64,000 nucleotides of DNA from the NCBI GenBank assembly GCA_963674865.2, contig CAXXYE010000004.1, positions 709,632 through 773,631 of the forward strand. Reading direction: 5' to 3'. The position numbers and the translations under genes were made by a program. Positions within the stretch are counted from its first letter, which is position 1. Each line of letters opens with the position of its first letter. The stretch is from Candidatus Hydrogenedentota bacterium. GTDB taxonomy: Bacteria; Hydrogenedentota; Hydrogenedentia; Hydrogenedentales; SLHB01. Shown in pieces: positions 39,059-48,836 of this stretch. Under the pieces are notes generated by a model. That model saw nothing but the letters and a program-made list of their open reading frames with translations. It searched no databases and was not told where the DNA came from.

Positions 39059-40582
39059 ATGAAACCTTGCAGGCGCTGGTACGCATCAGCCCTCTTCTTC
39101 CTTCTAGCCGCGTGCCTCACGACGCAGGTCTCAGCACAACCGGCCGCCGAAAAGCCCTTGGTCACAACCGCCTCGGTGGACCCACCCGGGGCGCCAACGC
39201 TGCCGAAGGTGCTCGATCTTGAGACGGCGAAGGGCCTCGCACTGGCGGATAACCCAGGCCTGAGGGCCATCGAAGCGCGTGTCAATCAAGCCCAGGCCCG
39301 CGTGCGCCAAGCCCGCGCGGCGTACTTCCCAACCATCGCCGCGTCGGCTTCTGCGTCGAAAACCTGGCTTGCCGAGAACGATGTCCGCGCCATGCGCAAA
39401 GCGGCTTATCAGGGCGGCGTAAGACAAGTCGGCTCGTTAGGCGCGGGCGCCACGACGCCGGCCGCGACCACGTTGTGGTGGACGGCCGCGCGGGTGGGCG
39501 GCTTCTACGCCAGGTCGCAAGTGGACGACACCAGCGAGCAATACGGGGCCAGTTTCGCGGCAAGCTGGACACTCTTCGACGGCTTTGCCCGGCGATTCAC
39601 CTATGCCGCGGCGAAACACGGCGCCCAGGAAGGCGAGGCGGCATACGATGAGGCCCGGCGCATCCTCCTCGATGCGGTGGCGACGGCGTTCTACAGCGTG
39701 CAACTGGCACGAGAAAACATCGTCATCGCCGACGCGGATCAAGCCTTCAACCTCCGCCAGCTCAAGGAGGCCGAGGCACGCCGCCGCGTCGGCACCGGCT
39801 CGTTAAGCGACGTCCTGAACTTCGAGGTGCGCGTAAACGCCGCTAAGACGGCCCTCATTACCGCCACCCGCGAACACGAAACGGCCCTCATCGGCCTGGC
39901 TGCGTTGCTGGGCCTCCCAGACGCGGCCATGCCCGAAGACCTCGACGTCGAGCCGCTCCCCTCCGAGACGCCGGTGGATCTCGACCTGCCCGAAACCGAG
40001 CCGCTCATCGAGACGGCCCTGGCCCAGCGCCCGGACGTGCGGCAGCTCAAGAAGGGCATCCAGCGGGCGCACGCGACGGCCGGCGCCGCCCGCGGCGCCT
40101 ACTTCCCAAGCGTCGGACTGTTCGCCTCCAGAGACGCCCTCCTCGACGACACGGAGTTTGGCGATGAAGACTTCTCGACGACCGTCGGCGCAACCGTCTC
40201 CTACACGCTGTTCGCGGGCGGGCGCAACCGGGCGCTCGTGTCGGAGGCCAAGCAGGCCGAGAAGGAAGCACAGCGGCTGCTCGATGACCTGGAGATCTCC
40301 GTGGCCTCGGAGGTCCGCCGCGCGCTTGAAGAGCTTAAGGCGGCGCAAGGCGCCTTCGTGATTCAACGCGAAAACGCGGCGCTGGTCCAGCGCAATCGCG
40401 ACCTCGTCGAGAAGGGCTACGCCGTGGGCCAGGAGTCGCTGGTTCGCCTCAACGAGGCCCAGCGCGACCTGACGCAGGCCCAAGGGAACCTCGCGCTGGC
40501 GCGGGTGTCGCTCCGCCAGGCGTGGCATAATCTCGAAACCGCCACCGGCGCGACGCTGGCACCTTTCAGCGAAACCGATTAG
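39059..40582 (+). CDS. TolC family outer membrane protein
   Basis: Signal peptide, ALADNPGL, ARAAYFP twice, WTLFDGF/YTLFAGG and RPDV. Confidence 0.9.
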   Translation: MKPCRRWYASALFFLLAACLTTQVSAQPAAEKPLVTTASVDPPGAPTLPKVLDLETAKGLALADNPGLRAIEARVNQAQARVRQARAAYFPTIAASASASKTWLAENDVRAMRKAAYQGGVRQVGSLGAGATTPAATTLWWTAARVGGFYARSQVDDTSEQYGASFAASWTLFDGFARRFTYAAAKHGAQEGEAAYDEARRILLDAVATAFYSVQLARENIVIADADQAFNLRQLKEAEARRRVGTGSLSDVLNFEVRVNAAKTALITATREHETALIGLAALLGLPDAAMPEDLDVEPLPSETPVDLDLPETEPLIETALAQRPDVRQLKKGIQRAHATAGAARGAYFPSVGLFASRDALLDDTEFGDEDFSTTVGATVSYTLFAGGRNRALVSEAKQAEKEAQRLLDDLEISVASEVRRALEELKAAQGAFVIQRENAALVQRNRDLVEKGYAVGQESLVRLNEAQRDLTQAQGNLALARVSLRQAWHNLETATGATLAPFSETD

Positions 40583-40607
40583 GCCGGCTCGGAGAGCTTC
40601 TGGAAAA

Positions 40608-40655
40608 GGGGACACGTAGTCGCGCCGGGGACGGCGCTTGGAACATGTCCCCTTT
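40608..40655. repeat. 48-bp dispersed hairpin repeat, copy 1
   Basis: GGGGACACGTAGTCGCGCCGGGGACGGCGCTTGGAACATGTCCCCTTT is identical to 59574..59621. Confidence 0.9.
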
Positions 40656-40696
40656 TGTTCCAGGATATTCTCACACGCTCGGAGGAGTTTTCGTAC

Positions 40697-41521
40697 ATGT
40701 TTACGCTATGCCTCCTAGTCCTCACCCTCGGCGCCGGCGAACCGGCGCACCTTTGCACAATGGACACGGCCGCGGTTGACGCCTACCTCGCGAAGCTCCA
40801 TGCCGAGACGCCGCAGTTCGAGCAGCGCGTCGAGGCCGTGGCCATCGCGGCCCTCGCTACGCCTTACGCCGATGGGCCTTTGGGCGAAGGGCCGGACGGC
40901 AAGTACGACAAAGACCCCCTCATGGATCTGGCGCACGTGGACTGCGTGACGTACGTCGAGCAGACCATCGCGCTTGCGGCGTCCACGTCGTACCAGGAGG
41001 CGTTCGACGCCCTGCAAAGAATCCGGTACAAGAACGGCAGGATCGCCTTCGAGACGCGAAACCATTTCATGATCGCGGACTGGGTCGCCAACAACGCCTT
41101 CTGCCGCGACGCGACCTCTCAGTTGGGCGTACCGACGAAGACCGTCTCACGCACCATCAGCCGGAAAGGCTTCTTCGAACGCGTGAAGATCCCGGAATTG
41201 GGGCAGGATGCGCCCGACGAGCTTATCGAGCTCGCTTACATTCCGTCGGCAGAGGTCGAGAGCGCTGTCGAGAAACTCCCCAGCCCGGCCTTGATCGTCT
41301 TCATCGGCAAGATCGACTGGCTGTTCGCGCTCCACTGCGGCCTCTTCGTCCGCGAGTCCCCGGATAGCGCCAAACTCTACCACGCCAGCTCGAAGGCCGG
41401 AAAGGTGGCGGCCGTGGACCTCGCCGAATACCTCGGCGGAACCGAGCGCTACCTTGGCTTCACCGCCTATGCCATCACCGATCCGACGAAGCGGGACAAT
41501 GAGCCGACGGGGGGGGAGTAG
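40697..41521 (+). CDS. DUF1460 / NlpC-P60-like amidase (exported)
   Basis: Signal peptide, VDCVTYVE, IRYKNG..RNHF, LHCG and YHASS. Confidence 0.82.
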   Translation: MFTLCLLVLTLGAGEPAHLCTMDTAAVDAYLAKLHAETPQFEQRVEAVAIAALATPYADGPLGEGPDGKYDKDPLMDLAHVDCVTYVEQTIALAASTSYQEAFDALQRIRYKNGRIAFETRNHFMIADWVANNAFCRDATSQLGVPTKTVSRTISRKGFFERVKIPELGQDAPDELIELAYIPSAEVESAVEKLPSPALIVFIGKIDWLFALHCGLFVRESPDSAKLYHASSKAGKVAAVDLAEYLGGTERYLGFTAYAITDPTKRDNEPTGGE

Positions 41522-41524
41522 CGC

Positions 41525-41986
41525 TCAGGATTTGCCCCGGACTTCGCCGAGCACCTTCATCTTGGCGTCGATGAGTTGAGGGTGGGTGAGATTCAGCAGG
41601 TTGGCGAGGATGTGCATCAGGTAGTCCTCATGCCCATCGAGGGTGCCGTCGGTATAGACCACGCGCCAGACCTGCTCGATAATCGCCACCTTCTCGTCAT
41701 TCGAGCACGTCTCGTTGATCTGGCGCGTGAAATGCCAGAGATCCGAGCTTTCATCACGGGCCGCACGCGAGGCGTCGAGCAATTCGCGCGCCTCACGCTC
41801 CGACAACGCGTACATCGTTTCGAGCGTACCGATGATGTGCCGGCGCTCATCGTCCGAGAACTCCTCATCCGCCCGCGCCGCCTCCAGCATCAGCACGCAC
41901 GTCGCCAAACGCAGCCGCTCCGGCCCCGCCGTCTCCTCCGGCCTCTTCTCCTGCGGCGCAAATAGATCGCGTAGTCGTGAAAGCAT
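41525..41986 (-). CDS. TerB family protein
   Basis: LMLEAARADEEFS..ER and WRVVYTDGTLDGHE. Confidence 0.85.
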   Translation of the reverse strand: MLSRLRDLFAPQEKRPEETAGPERLRLATCVLMLEAARADEEFSDDERRHIIGTLETMYALSEREARELLDASRAARDESSDLWHFTRQINETCSNDEKVAIIEQVWRVVYTDGTLDGHEDYLMHILANLLNLTHPQLIDAKMKVLGEVRGKS

Positions 41987-42078
41987 CGATTCCTCCGTCG
42001 TTTCAGGGAGGATACCAATCCTATAGCGTTCGTTCCAGGCCCGCGCCGACTATCGGCTTCCGTTAAGAGACGGCCGTA

Positions 42079-43131
42079 TCACGGGATATTGGGCCATTGC
42101 TTGTTCCAGCCGATGTAGTCGAGCGTCCAGAGGTATTCGTCCATGACAATCTTGCCGTAGGCGGGCGGAGCATCGTCCGGCGGGCACATGTTGGGCGTGT
42201 CGATGATGCCGCGCATGTACAGCATCATCTTCAGGTTCCGCAGCCAGTTGCCTGAGCTGTAGAACATGAAGTAGGGCAGGATGTGGTTGTAGTAGATGGA
42301 CGCAGCCTTCTTCTCATGTCCGCGGAGATAGGCGTCCACGGCTGCCACGTGGAATTCGAGGGCCTCGGTACCCGTCATGAAGGCGGTGGCGCCAAGATGG
42401 AGAAGGTGAATCATGTGCTTTCCGCCAGCGCCGCCAATCACCTGCATGGTTCCCTCGAACTCCGCCATGAGTTGGGATGTTTTTGTCAAGAAATCGGCGC
42501 TTTCTGCCTTGATCGAGTGAATCTGCCCCGTCTCCTGCGCCACTTGCACTACAAGCTCCGGAGTGAGGACGTCGGCCGTCCGCGAGGTGTCTTGGATGAT
42601 GATGGGCGTAGATACGGCCGCGGCGAGGTCCCTGAACAGCGTGAGGGTCGGCGCCTGCTCGGGCTGCTCCCCGTAGGGAAGGGAAACCATGATGATGTCC
42701 GCCCCCTTTGCCTCGGCCTCGCGGGCGTACCGCACGGTGTCGGCACTGGTTTTCCCCGTGACGCCCGCGAAGAAGGGCACCCGGCCCCCGACCTGGTCGA
42801 TTACGACCTCGAGCAAGCGGGTGCGGTCGGCGTCGCTGATCTTCATGAACTCGGAGGCGTAGGCGAAGTGGCCGACGGCCACGGCGCCGCACTGGATGCA
42901 GTATTCCACGTGGCGCCGCTGACTGACGAGGTCGACGTTGCCGTTGTCGTCCACGGGCGTTGCCATGATCGGCATCATGCCCCCGAAGGCCCCATAGCGG
43001 CGGCCGCCGTTTGCCTCGGAAACGGCTGGCGGCTTCGGGCGTTTGCTGAGCCGCGTACCGGCCGCACATCCCGTCAGGGCTGCCGTGGTGGATGCCATGA
43101 AATCCCGTCGCCTGAGCTTCCTACCGGTCAT
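42079..43131 (-). CDS. DHDPS/NAL-family class I aldolase-like protein with Tat/lipoprotein signal
   Basis: MPIMATPVD..G.VD, GRVPFFAGV, GADIIMV, IIIQD and SIKAES (Schiff-base Lys); N-terminal RRRDFM...LTGC. Confidence 0.82.
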   Translation of the reverse strand: MTGRKLRRRDFMASTTAALTGCAAGTRLSKRPKPPAVSEANGGRRYGAFGGMMPIMATPVDDNGNVDLVSQRRHVEYCIQCGAVAVGHFAYASEFMKISDADRTRLLEVVIDQVGGRVPFFAGVTGKTSADTVRYAREAEAKGADIIMVSLPYGEQPEQAPTLTLFRDLAAAVSTPIIIQDTSRTADVLTPELVVQVAQETGQIHSIKAESADFLTKTSQLMAEFEGTMQVIGGAGGKHMIHLLHLGATAFMTGTEALEFHVAAVDAYLRGHEKKAASIYYNHILPYFMFYSSGNWLRNLKMMLYMRGIIDTPNMCPPDDAPPAYGKIVMDEYLWTLDYIGWNKQWPNIP

Positions 43132-43317
43132 GATTGCCTCCCGTGTTGGCCTAAGCTCGTCCTCGATGGCCTATGGCACTCGGAGTCTGTCCCGTGCCGT
43201 CAGTGTCACCTGCGTTCACAGTGTACGTCATCGCGTACTACATTGCCCAGGCAGGTTTGACGGAACCCACAACGGGATGAGAAACCGGGAGACGAATCCA
43301 AGTTGGATGTAAGTCCC

Positions 43318-43596
43318 TCTACCTATTGGCCCAGGGTGTTGCAGTGTCGTTGCCGCAAGGCACGGGAGCGCATGGCGATGTGCGGCGCGGGAGGGACGGT
43401 GCTTGTCAATTGAGTACCCCTTGTTTCCGGGATTGTGCGGACGTGGAAGGGGCGGATGGCGGATGGGGCTATCTTTAGTCGCAGCAGTGACTTACGAGGG
43501 AGTCGTCTTGCCTGATGTTTGCGGCGGCAGCCGCAAGCCGTTGTCGGGAAGTGTCTTACACGCGCGCCACTGCAACGCCCTGGGCTAATGGTTAGA
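43318..43596. mobile_element. MITE-like element with 32-bp imperfect terminal inverted repeats
   Basis: Left arm TCTACCTATTGGCCCAGGGTGTTGCAGTGTCG versus reverse complement of right arm TCTAACCATTAGCCCAGGGCGTTGCAGTGGCG; non-coding interior; no target duplication seen. Confidence 0.6.
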
Positions 43597-43627
43597 CGCT
43601 GGATGTGGACGAGAGGAATGTGCACCC

Positions 43628-44257
43628 GCACGTCCTCGGTCACGCAGGAGCGTGACGTTCCCACGACCAAGGTAACGCGCCGGGGATGTCGCGCCCCTTC
43701 AGGGCTGGTGTCGTGGGGGTCATGGTTTCCCGGGGCGTTGCCCCGGGCTGGTATGCACGGCCCTGACAGGGCCGCAAGACGATCGTTGCGCGTGGGTGGG
43801 ACACACCAAAAGCCGTCGTCATGGCCATTGCGAGGTCACGCAGGAGCGTGACGTTCCCACGACCAAGGTAACGCAGCAGGAGGGACGGGCTCCTGCACGT
43901 CCTAGGTCACGCGGGAGCGTGACCCTCCCACGACCAAGGTAACGCGCCGGGAGGGACGGGCTCCTGCACGTCCTGGGTCACGCGGGAGCGTGACCCTCCC
44001 ACGACCAAGGTAACGCGCCGGGGATGTCGCGCCCCTTCAGGGCTGGTGTCGTGAGTTCTCCCAGGGCGTTGCCCCGGGCTGGTATGCAAGGCCCTTACAG
44101 GGCCGCAAGACGGTCGTTGCGCGTGGGTGGGACACACCGAAAGTCGTCGTCATGGCCATTGCGAGGTCACGCAGGAGCGTGACCCTCCCTGCCAAGGCAA
44201 CGCAGCAGGTGGGACGGGCTCCTGCACGTCCCGGTCACGCAGGAGCGTGACCCTCCC
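43628..44257. repeat. Mosaic REP/REPIN-like cluster
   Basis: Six GGTCACGC(A/G)GGAGCGTGAC palindromes (43638, 43834, 43905, 43976, 44165, 44233), three GGGACGGGCTCCTGCACGTCC partners, and two copies of a GCCCCTTCAGGGC...CCCGGGCTGGTATG module. Confidence 0.9.
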
Positions 44258-44296
44258 AACGGCATGAACGAGAAAGGGAACGTAGGATCTCGGGCA

Positions 44297-45655
44297 ATGA
44301 GTGAAGACAGGAAACATACGCAGCAGGGGACGCCGTGCGCGAGGTCGTGGGACGAGGCGTGGATCGCGCGGGTGGAGGCGGTCGAGGAAGAATTGGGACG
44401 GCGGGTCTGCGGGGCGCGGACGATGTCAGGCACGCCGTGTACGCTCACGTCGGATCATCCGTCGGGGCGATGCCGATTCCACGGGGGATTCGCGTTGACG
44501 GGCGCGCCGAAGGGCAATCGCAACGCCGTGCTTCACGGCCTGTATTCGCGGCGGCTCCAGGTCTGCGGCAAGCATTGTCCGCTATGGCGAACGTGTCCGT
44601 TGTGGGGCGATGACGTGACGGAGCTGATGAGGCCGAAGGACGGCCGCCGCCCAGTCGTGTTCACGTGTCCCTACGAGCAGGCGGAGTATGACGAGGTCGT
44701 GGCGGACGGCATGGCGCGGTATGGGCAAGCGTCCGCGCCGGACGCGATGGATCGGTATCTCGTTCACACGTTGGCGTTGTTGCAGGTGATGATGTCTCGG
44801 GGGGCACGGGCGCTGACTCAACAGAAGCTCATCGACCTGACCTCGGCCTTTTCCTCCACCTACACCTGCGAAAGGTACAGAGTCCATCCCTATCTGGAGG
44901 CGTTCTTGCGGATTGCCGGCGAGTATCGCCGGTTTCGGCGTATGTTGGATGCCAATCTGCCCCCGCGTCGGGATGACGCAGGCGGCGGCGGGCAAGAAGA
45001 TGGCGAGGCGCCGCCAGGCACGCCGCAGGAACCACGCGGAGACCTCGGGGAATCGGCCACGTGTTCCGAAGGACATCCTTCTTCTGAGGAGAGGGCACCG
45101 GCCCCGGACGGTCTTGCGAGCAGAACAAAGCGCCTCGAGCGTCGCTCCGGCCGCAGTGAGGTAGCGTGTAGTTGGCGTGGGGGAGGGGAATCGGTTATGT
45201 TGTGCGCGGCGGCGGGTGAGAGGCCATGTGAGGAAGGTAGCGGAGGTCGTTATGGACGGTTTTCCGAGGACGGACGTGGACGGGTTGTCGGTGTCGCGGT
45301 TGGTCATCGGCACGAATTGGTTCCTGGGGTTCAGCCATTGCACGGCCGCGAAGGACGCCTATATCAAGGAGCACATCCAGCAGCGCAAGGTGATGGCGGA
45401 TATCCTGGAGGTGTTCTTCCGCGAGGGCGTGGATACGCTGATCGGCATGATCGATATGGAACCATTGCTGGACGCGATCCGGGACGCAGAGGATCGCACG
45501 GGCGTGAAGGGGATCGTGGTGTCGACGCCGGGTCTGCCGACGGGGCCGGAGACGCCCTCGAAGGGATTCGACCTCGGGGAGGTCGAGCGGATCCTCGACC
45601 GTCACGCGGAACTCGGGGCGGCCGTCTGCATGCCGCACCAGAGCACGACGGATAG
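44297..45655 (+). CDS. HGGxSTG-domain, Cys-rich protein; true 3' end uncertain
   Basis: CGART.SGTPC...GRCRFHGG..TGAPKGNRNAVLHGLYS; protein-like to about 44960; reading frame runs about 400 nt into the next gene. Confidence 0.6.
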   Translation: MSEDRKHTQQGTPCARSWDEAWIARVEAVEEELGRRVCGARTMSGTPCTLTSDHPSGRCRFHGGFALTGAPKGNRNAVLHGLYSRRLQVCGKHCPLWRTCPLWGDDVTELMRPKDGRRPVVFTCPYEQAEYDEVVADGMARYGQASAPDAMDRYLVHTLALLQVMMSRGARALTQQKLIDLTSAFSSTYTCERYRVHPYLEAFLRIAGEYRRFRRMLDANLPPRRDDAGGGGQEDGEAPPGTPQEPRGDLGESATCSEGHPSSEERAPAPDGLASRTKRLERRSGRSEVACSWRGGGESVMLCAAAGERPCEEGSGGRYGRFSEDGRGRVVGVAVGHRHELVPGVQPLHGREGRLYQGAHPAAQGDGGYPGGVLPRGRGYADRHDRYGTIAGRDPGRRGSHGREGDRGVDAGSADGAGDALEGIRPRGGRADPRPSRGTRGGRLHAAPEHDG

Positions 45656-46115
45656 CATGGTGGACCGCTGCACGCGCGAGATCCGGCAGATGGCGCCCGT
45701 GTGCAAGATGATGCGCGACCGGGGCATGATCCCGGGCCTGAGCACGCACATGCCGGAGAGCATCATCTACGCGGACGAGACCGGCCTTGACGTGCAAACC
45801 TATGTCTGCATTTACAACGCCATGGGCTTTCTGATGCAGGTGGAGGTGGACTGGGTGTCGCGGGTGATCCAGCGCGCCGCCAAGCCGGTGTTGACGATCA
45901 AGCCGCTGGCGGCGGGCCAGTTGCGGCCGTTCCAGGGGCTGACGTTTGCGTGGAACACGATCCGCGACCAGGACATGGTGTCCATCGGCACCATGTCGCC
46001 GCGGGAGGCCGCGGAGGTCGTCGACCTGTCGCGCGATATCCTCGGCAGAAGACAGAGCCAGACGCCGCTCCAGGAAACGCGCTCGAAACAGAGCGTGAAG
46101 GTCAGGGAGGCGTAG
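45252..46115 (+). CDS. Aldo/keto-reductase-like TIM-barrel protein
   Basis: VSRLVIGTN, PGLSTH and KPVLTIKPLAAG; RBS GGAGG. Confidence 0.65.
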   Translation: MDGFPRTDVDGLSVSRLVIGTNWFLGFSHCTAAKDAYIKEHIQQRKVMADILEVFFREGVDTLIGMIDMEPLLDAIRDAEDRTGVKGIVVSTPGLPTGPETPSKGFDLGEVERILDRHAELGAAVCMPHQSTTDSMVDRCTREIRQMAPVCKMMRDRGMIPGLSTHMPESIIYADETGLDVQTYVCIYNAMGFLMQVEVDWVSRVIQRAAKPVLTIKPLAAGQLRPFQGLTFAWNTIRDQDMVSIGTMSPREAAEVVDLSRDILGRRQSQTPLQETRSKQSVKVREA

Positions 46116-46653
46116 GTCCGGCGCCCGTCTCGGCGCCTAGCACCGGCTGGAATTCCGCGCGGACAGCGGGGGATATAAGGCGCTTGATGATCCAGACGAG
46201 TAGAGCGGCCACTGTCAGTATCATGGCAAGGCCAACCACGCCGATGGCCGCTACGAAAAAGAGCGCCTCGGGGTCGTCTTTCACCAGGTCAGGCTCCGCG
46301 AACACCATTACGGCCAACACGCCTATGCACACCACCTGGTACACGACACCCAGTCCAAGGAATCCGATGAAGACGCGGCGAGCCCAATTCTTTCGCTTCA
46401 GCAGGCCAATGGACGAGGCCAGCGCCGTGAGAGACACCAGAAGCATGAGGAAACAGAGCAGACGTAAGTGGCCGAATATCGTCCGGAACACCACATCCAT
46501 TTGGCCTTGCGTCTCGCCTGACCAGCCGGGCAGGGGGATAAGGCGCGCCATAAGGTTAATGATGAGAAACTGAAAGGTTAGATAGCCCGTCAGCGCGATG
46601 AAGATCCACGCGACGACAGTAACAAAAGTGGAACGCTGCTGAGATGCAGCCAT
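46102..46653 (-). CDS. Hypothetical 4-TM membrane protein
   Basis: FVTVVAWIFI and IGLLKRKNWAR; four hydrophobic segments; RBS GGAGGG. Confidence 0.7.
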   Translation of the reverse strand: MAASQQRSTFVTVVAWIFIALTGYLTFQFLIINLMARLIPLPGWSGETQGQMDVVFRTIFGHLRLLCFLMLLVSLTALASSIGLLKRKNWARRVFIGFLGLGVVYQVVCIGVLAVMVFAEPDLVKDDPEALFFVAAIGVVGLAMILTVAALLVWIIKRLISPAVRAEFQPVLGAETGAGPTPP

Positions 46654-46771
46654 ACGCTTCCCCTCCCATCCGTTCCGGTCGAAACGGGGTTGACTATCAA
46701 CCAGAATACCCAACTGCCTCACGCCGCGCAACGCCTTTCGGTGTAGGCACGGGGACAAAAGGCGCAAGGTC

Positions 46772-46817
46772 GCTGGCAGGATGCCCGCGCTACAGCCGGC
46801 AAGATGCCGGCGCCACA
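46772..46817 (-). repeat. Two REP-like palindromes of the same family as 13847..13955
   Basis: Minus strand TGTGGCGCCGGCATCTTGCCGGC and TGTAGCGCGGGCATCCTGCCAGC. Confidence 0.75.
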
Positions 46818-46921
46818 AATTGCCGCACATGGAGTTGTGGTGTATGTGGCTGGTGTGGTCCAATCCTCAACGTACGGGTTATCCGAGCGGCTTACGAGAC
46901 AAAGGTTGGAGCAAGAGCAGC

Positions 46922-48232
46922 ATGGCGGGCAAGCATCTGAAGATTGTGGCGATTGGTGCGGGGAGCGGTTTCGGGCGTGGAACGGTGGTGGAGGTGCTGG
47001 GCTCGCCTGAGTTCGGCGAACTCGGCTGCACGCTGGTGCTGGTGGACCTCGACGAGCCCGCGCTCGAGCGGATGTACCGGTTTGGACTGCTGGCCAAGGA
47101 ACATTTCAAGTCCAAGGTGACGCTCGAGAAGACGAGCGACCGCGTTGCCGCGCTGGAAGGCGCCAACTACGTCATCACCTCGGTGGCCATCAAGCGGTAT
47201 CCGCTGTGGGAACAGGATTTCCGGGTGCCGTTGGCGCACGGGTTCAAGCACGTGCTCGGGGAGAACGGCGGGCCGGGCGCGGCGTTTCACGCGCTGCGCA
47301 ACTACGAACTCATGGTTCCCATCGCCCGCGACATGGAGCGGCTCTGCCCGGACGCGCTCCTGCTGAACTACACGAATCCGGAGTCGCGCATCATCATGGC
47401 GGTGTCGCGGTTGACGAAGGTGCGCGCGGTGGGCCTGTGCCACGGCACAATGGGTGCGCGTAAGGGCGTGAGCGAGATTCTGGAGCGGCCGCTGGACGAG
47501 CTTGATATCTTGTCGGGCGGGCTAAACCATTTCTTCTGGATGACGAAGATCGCGGACAAGCGGACGGGGGAGGATCTGTATCCCAGGTTGCGCGACCGCG
47601 TGCTGAACGATCCGGCGTGCCCCGCGGCGCCGCCGCTGGTTCGCAAGATGGTCGAGGTCTTCGGGTGTTACACGTACCCGTCGGACGATCATATCGGCGA
47701 GTACCTATCGTTTGGCTACGAGTTCACCGGGGTCAAGTGGCATTACGGCCAGGAGTGCCGCGTTGTTCCGAGAGAGCCGGAACCACCGAAGCCGCATTTC
47801 CTCGAACCTTATCTGAATGACGGGAAGCCGTTGGACGAACATGTCACGCGAAAGAGCGGGGAACTGGCCATTCCCATCATTCTCGGTATCGAACTCGACC
47901 GCGGGAATTGGGAATGCGCGGTGAATGTGCCGAACGGCGGGGGCTATGTCGCAAATCTGGACCCGGAGGGCATTGTCGAGGTACCGGCGATGATGAACGG
48001 TTCGGGAGTCCATCCACAGGAGATAGGGCCGCTTCCTGAGGCGTTGGCGGCGTTCTGCAACCGGCAGATCGCGGTACAGAAGCTGCTTGTGGCGGCGTAT
48101 GCGGCCCGGTCGAGGAATCTGTTGTTGCAGGCCCTGCTGTTGGACCCGGTCATTGACGGCGTCGCGAGGGCCGAGAGGATGCTGGACGATATGCTCGAAC
48201 TGCAGAAGGACTACCTGCCGGCGTTCGAGTGA
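46922..48232 (+). CDS. Glycoside hydrolase family 4 (alpha-galactosidase/glucosidase-like)
   Basis: IGAGS, GENGGPG, CPDALLLNYTNP, VGLCHG, GLNHFFW, IVEVP and QALLLDP. Confidence 0.92.
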   Translation: MAGKHLKIVAIGAGSGFGRGTVVEVLGSPEFGELGCTLVLVDLDEPALERMYRFGLLAKEHFKSKVTLEKTSDRVAALEGANYVITSVAIKRYPLWEQDFRVPLAHGFKHVLGENGGPGAAFHALRNYELMVPIARDMERLCPDALLLNYTNPESRIIMAVSRLTKVRAVGLCHGTMGARKGVSEILERPLDELDILSGGLNHFFWMTKIADKRTGEDLYPRLRDRVLNDPACPAAPPLVRKMVEVFGCYTYPSDDHIGEYLSFGYEFTGVKWHYGQECRVVPREPEPPKPHFLEPYLNDGKPLDEHVTRKSGELAIPIILGIELDRGNWECAVNVPNGGGYVANLDPEGIVEVPAMMNGSGVHPQEIGPLPEALAAFCNRQIAVQKLLVAAYAARSRNLLLQALLLDPVIDGVARAERMLDDMLELQKDYLPAFE

Positions 48233-48274
48233 GAAGCACGGGGGACGGAGGCCACGGAGAGGAGGCGCGAGGTT

Positions 48275-48836
48275 ATGGCGAAGGTGTTGCTGGTGATCGG
48301 GGACGGGGCGGAGGTGATCGACACGATGGTGCCGTATTACCGGCTCGGGGAGGACCACGAGGTGGTGGTGGCGGCCCCGGAGAAGCGGACGTATCACCTG
48401 GTGCAGCACGAGCACGATGCGAATTGGGGACATCACCGTCGAGATGCCGGGGTACACGTTCGCGTCGGAGATCGCGTTTCGCGACGTGGACCCGGACGAG
48501 TACCTTGCCCTGGTGCTGCCCGGAGGCCGCGCCCCCGAGTTCCTTCGCTACGACCCGGACTTGATCCGGATCACGCAGGATTTCTTCGCGAAGGGCAAAC
48601 CCGTGGCGTCGATTTGTCACGGGATCGAGATCCTGGCGACGGCGGATGTGATCCGCGGCGTTGAGGTAACGACGATTCCGCGGTGCCGGTTCGACGCGGA
48701 GGTGGTGGGGGCAATCTACCTCGAACAGCCGCTCGTCGTCTCCGAGAACCTGTTCTGCTGCCGCTTCAAACGCGAGTGCTCCGCCTGGATGAAGGCATTC
48801 TCCGAGGAACTGAAACGGCGGGAGGGGGAGAGGTAG
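48275..48836 (+). pseudogene. DJ-1/PfpI family protein split by a +1 frameshift near 48426-48429 (possibly a sequencing error)
   Basis: MAKVLLVIGD.AE N-terminus in one frame; LPGGRAPEFLR and ASICHG in the next; one extra G in a G4 run joins them. Confidence 0.8.

Noticed and set aside
44966..45655. Genuine 400-nt dual-coding overlap of the HGGxSTG ORF with the AKR-like gene
   Set aside because: The tail is low-complexity, off-frame-like sequence; a lost stop codon or sequence error is more likely
43140..46900. Prophage or integrative element around the HGGxSTG gene
   Set aside because: No integrase, structural genes, att sites or tRNA; neighbours are metabolic genes
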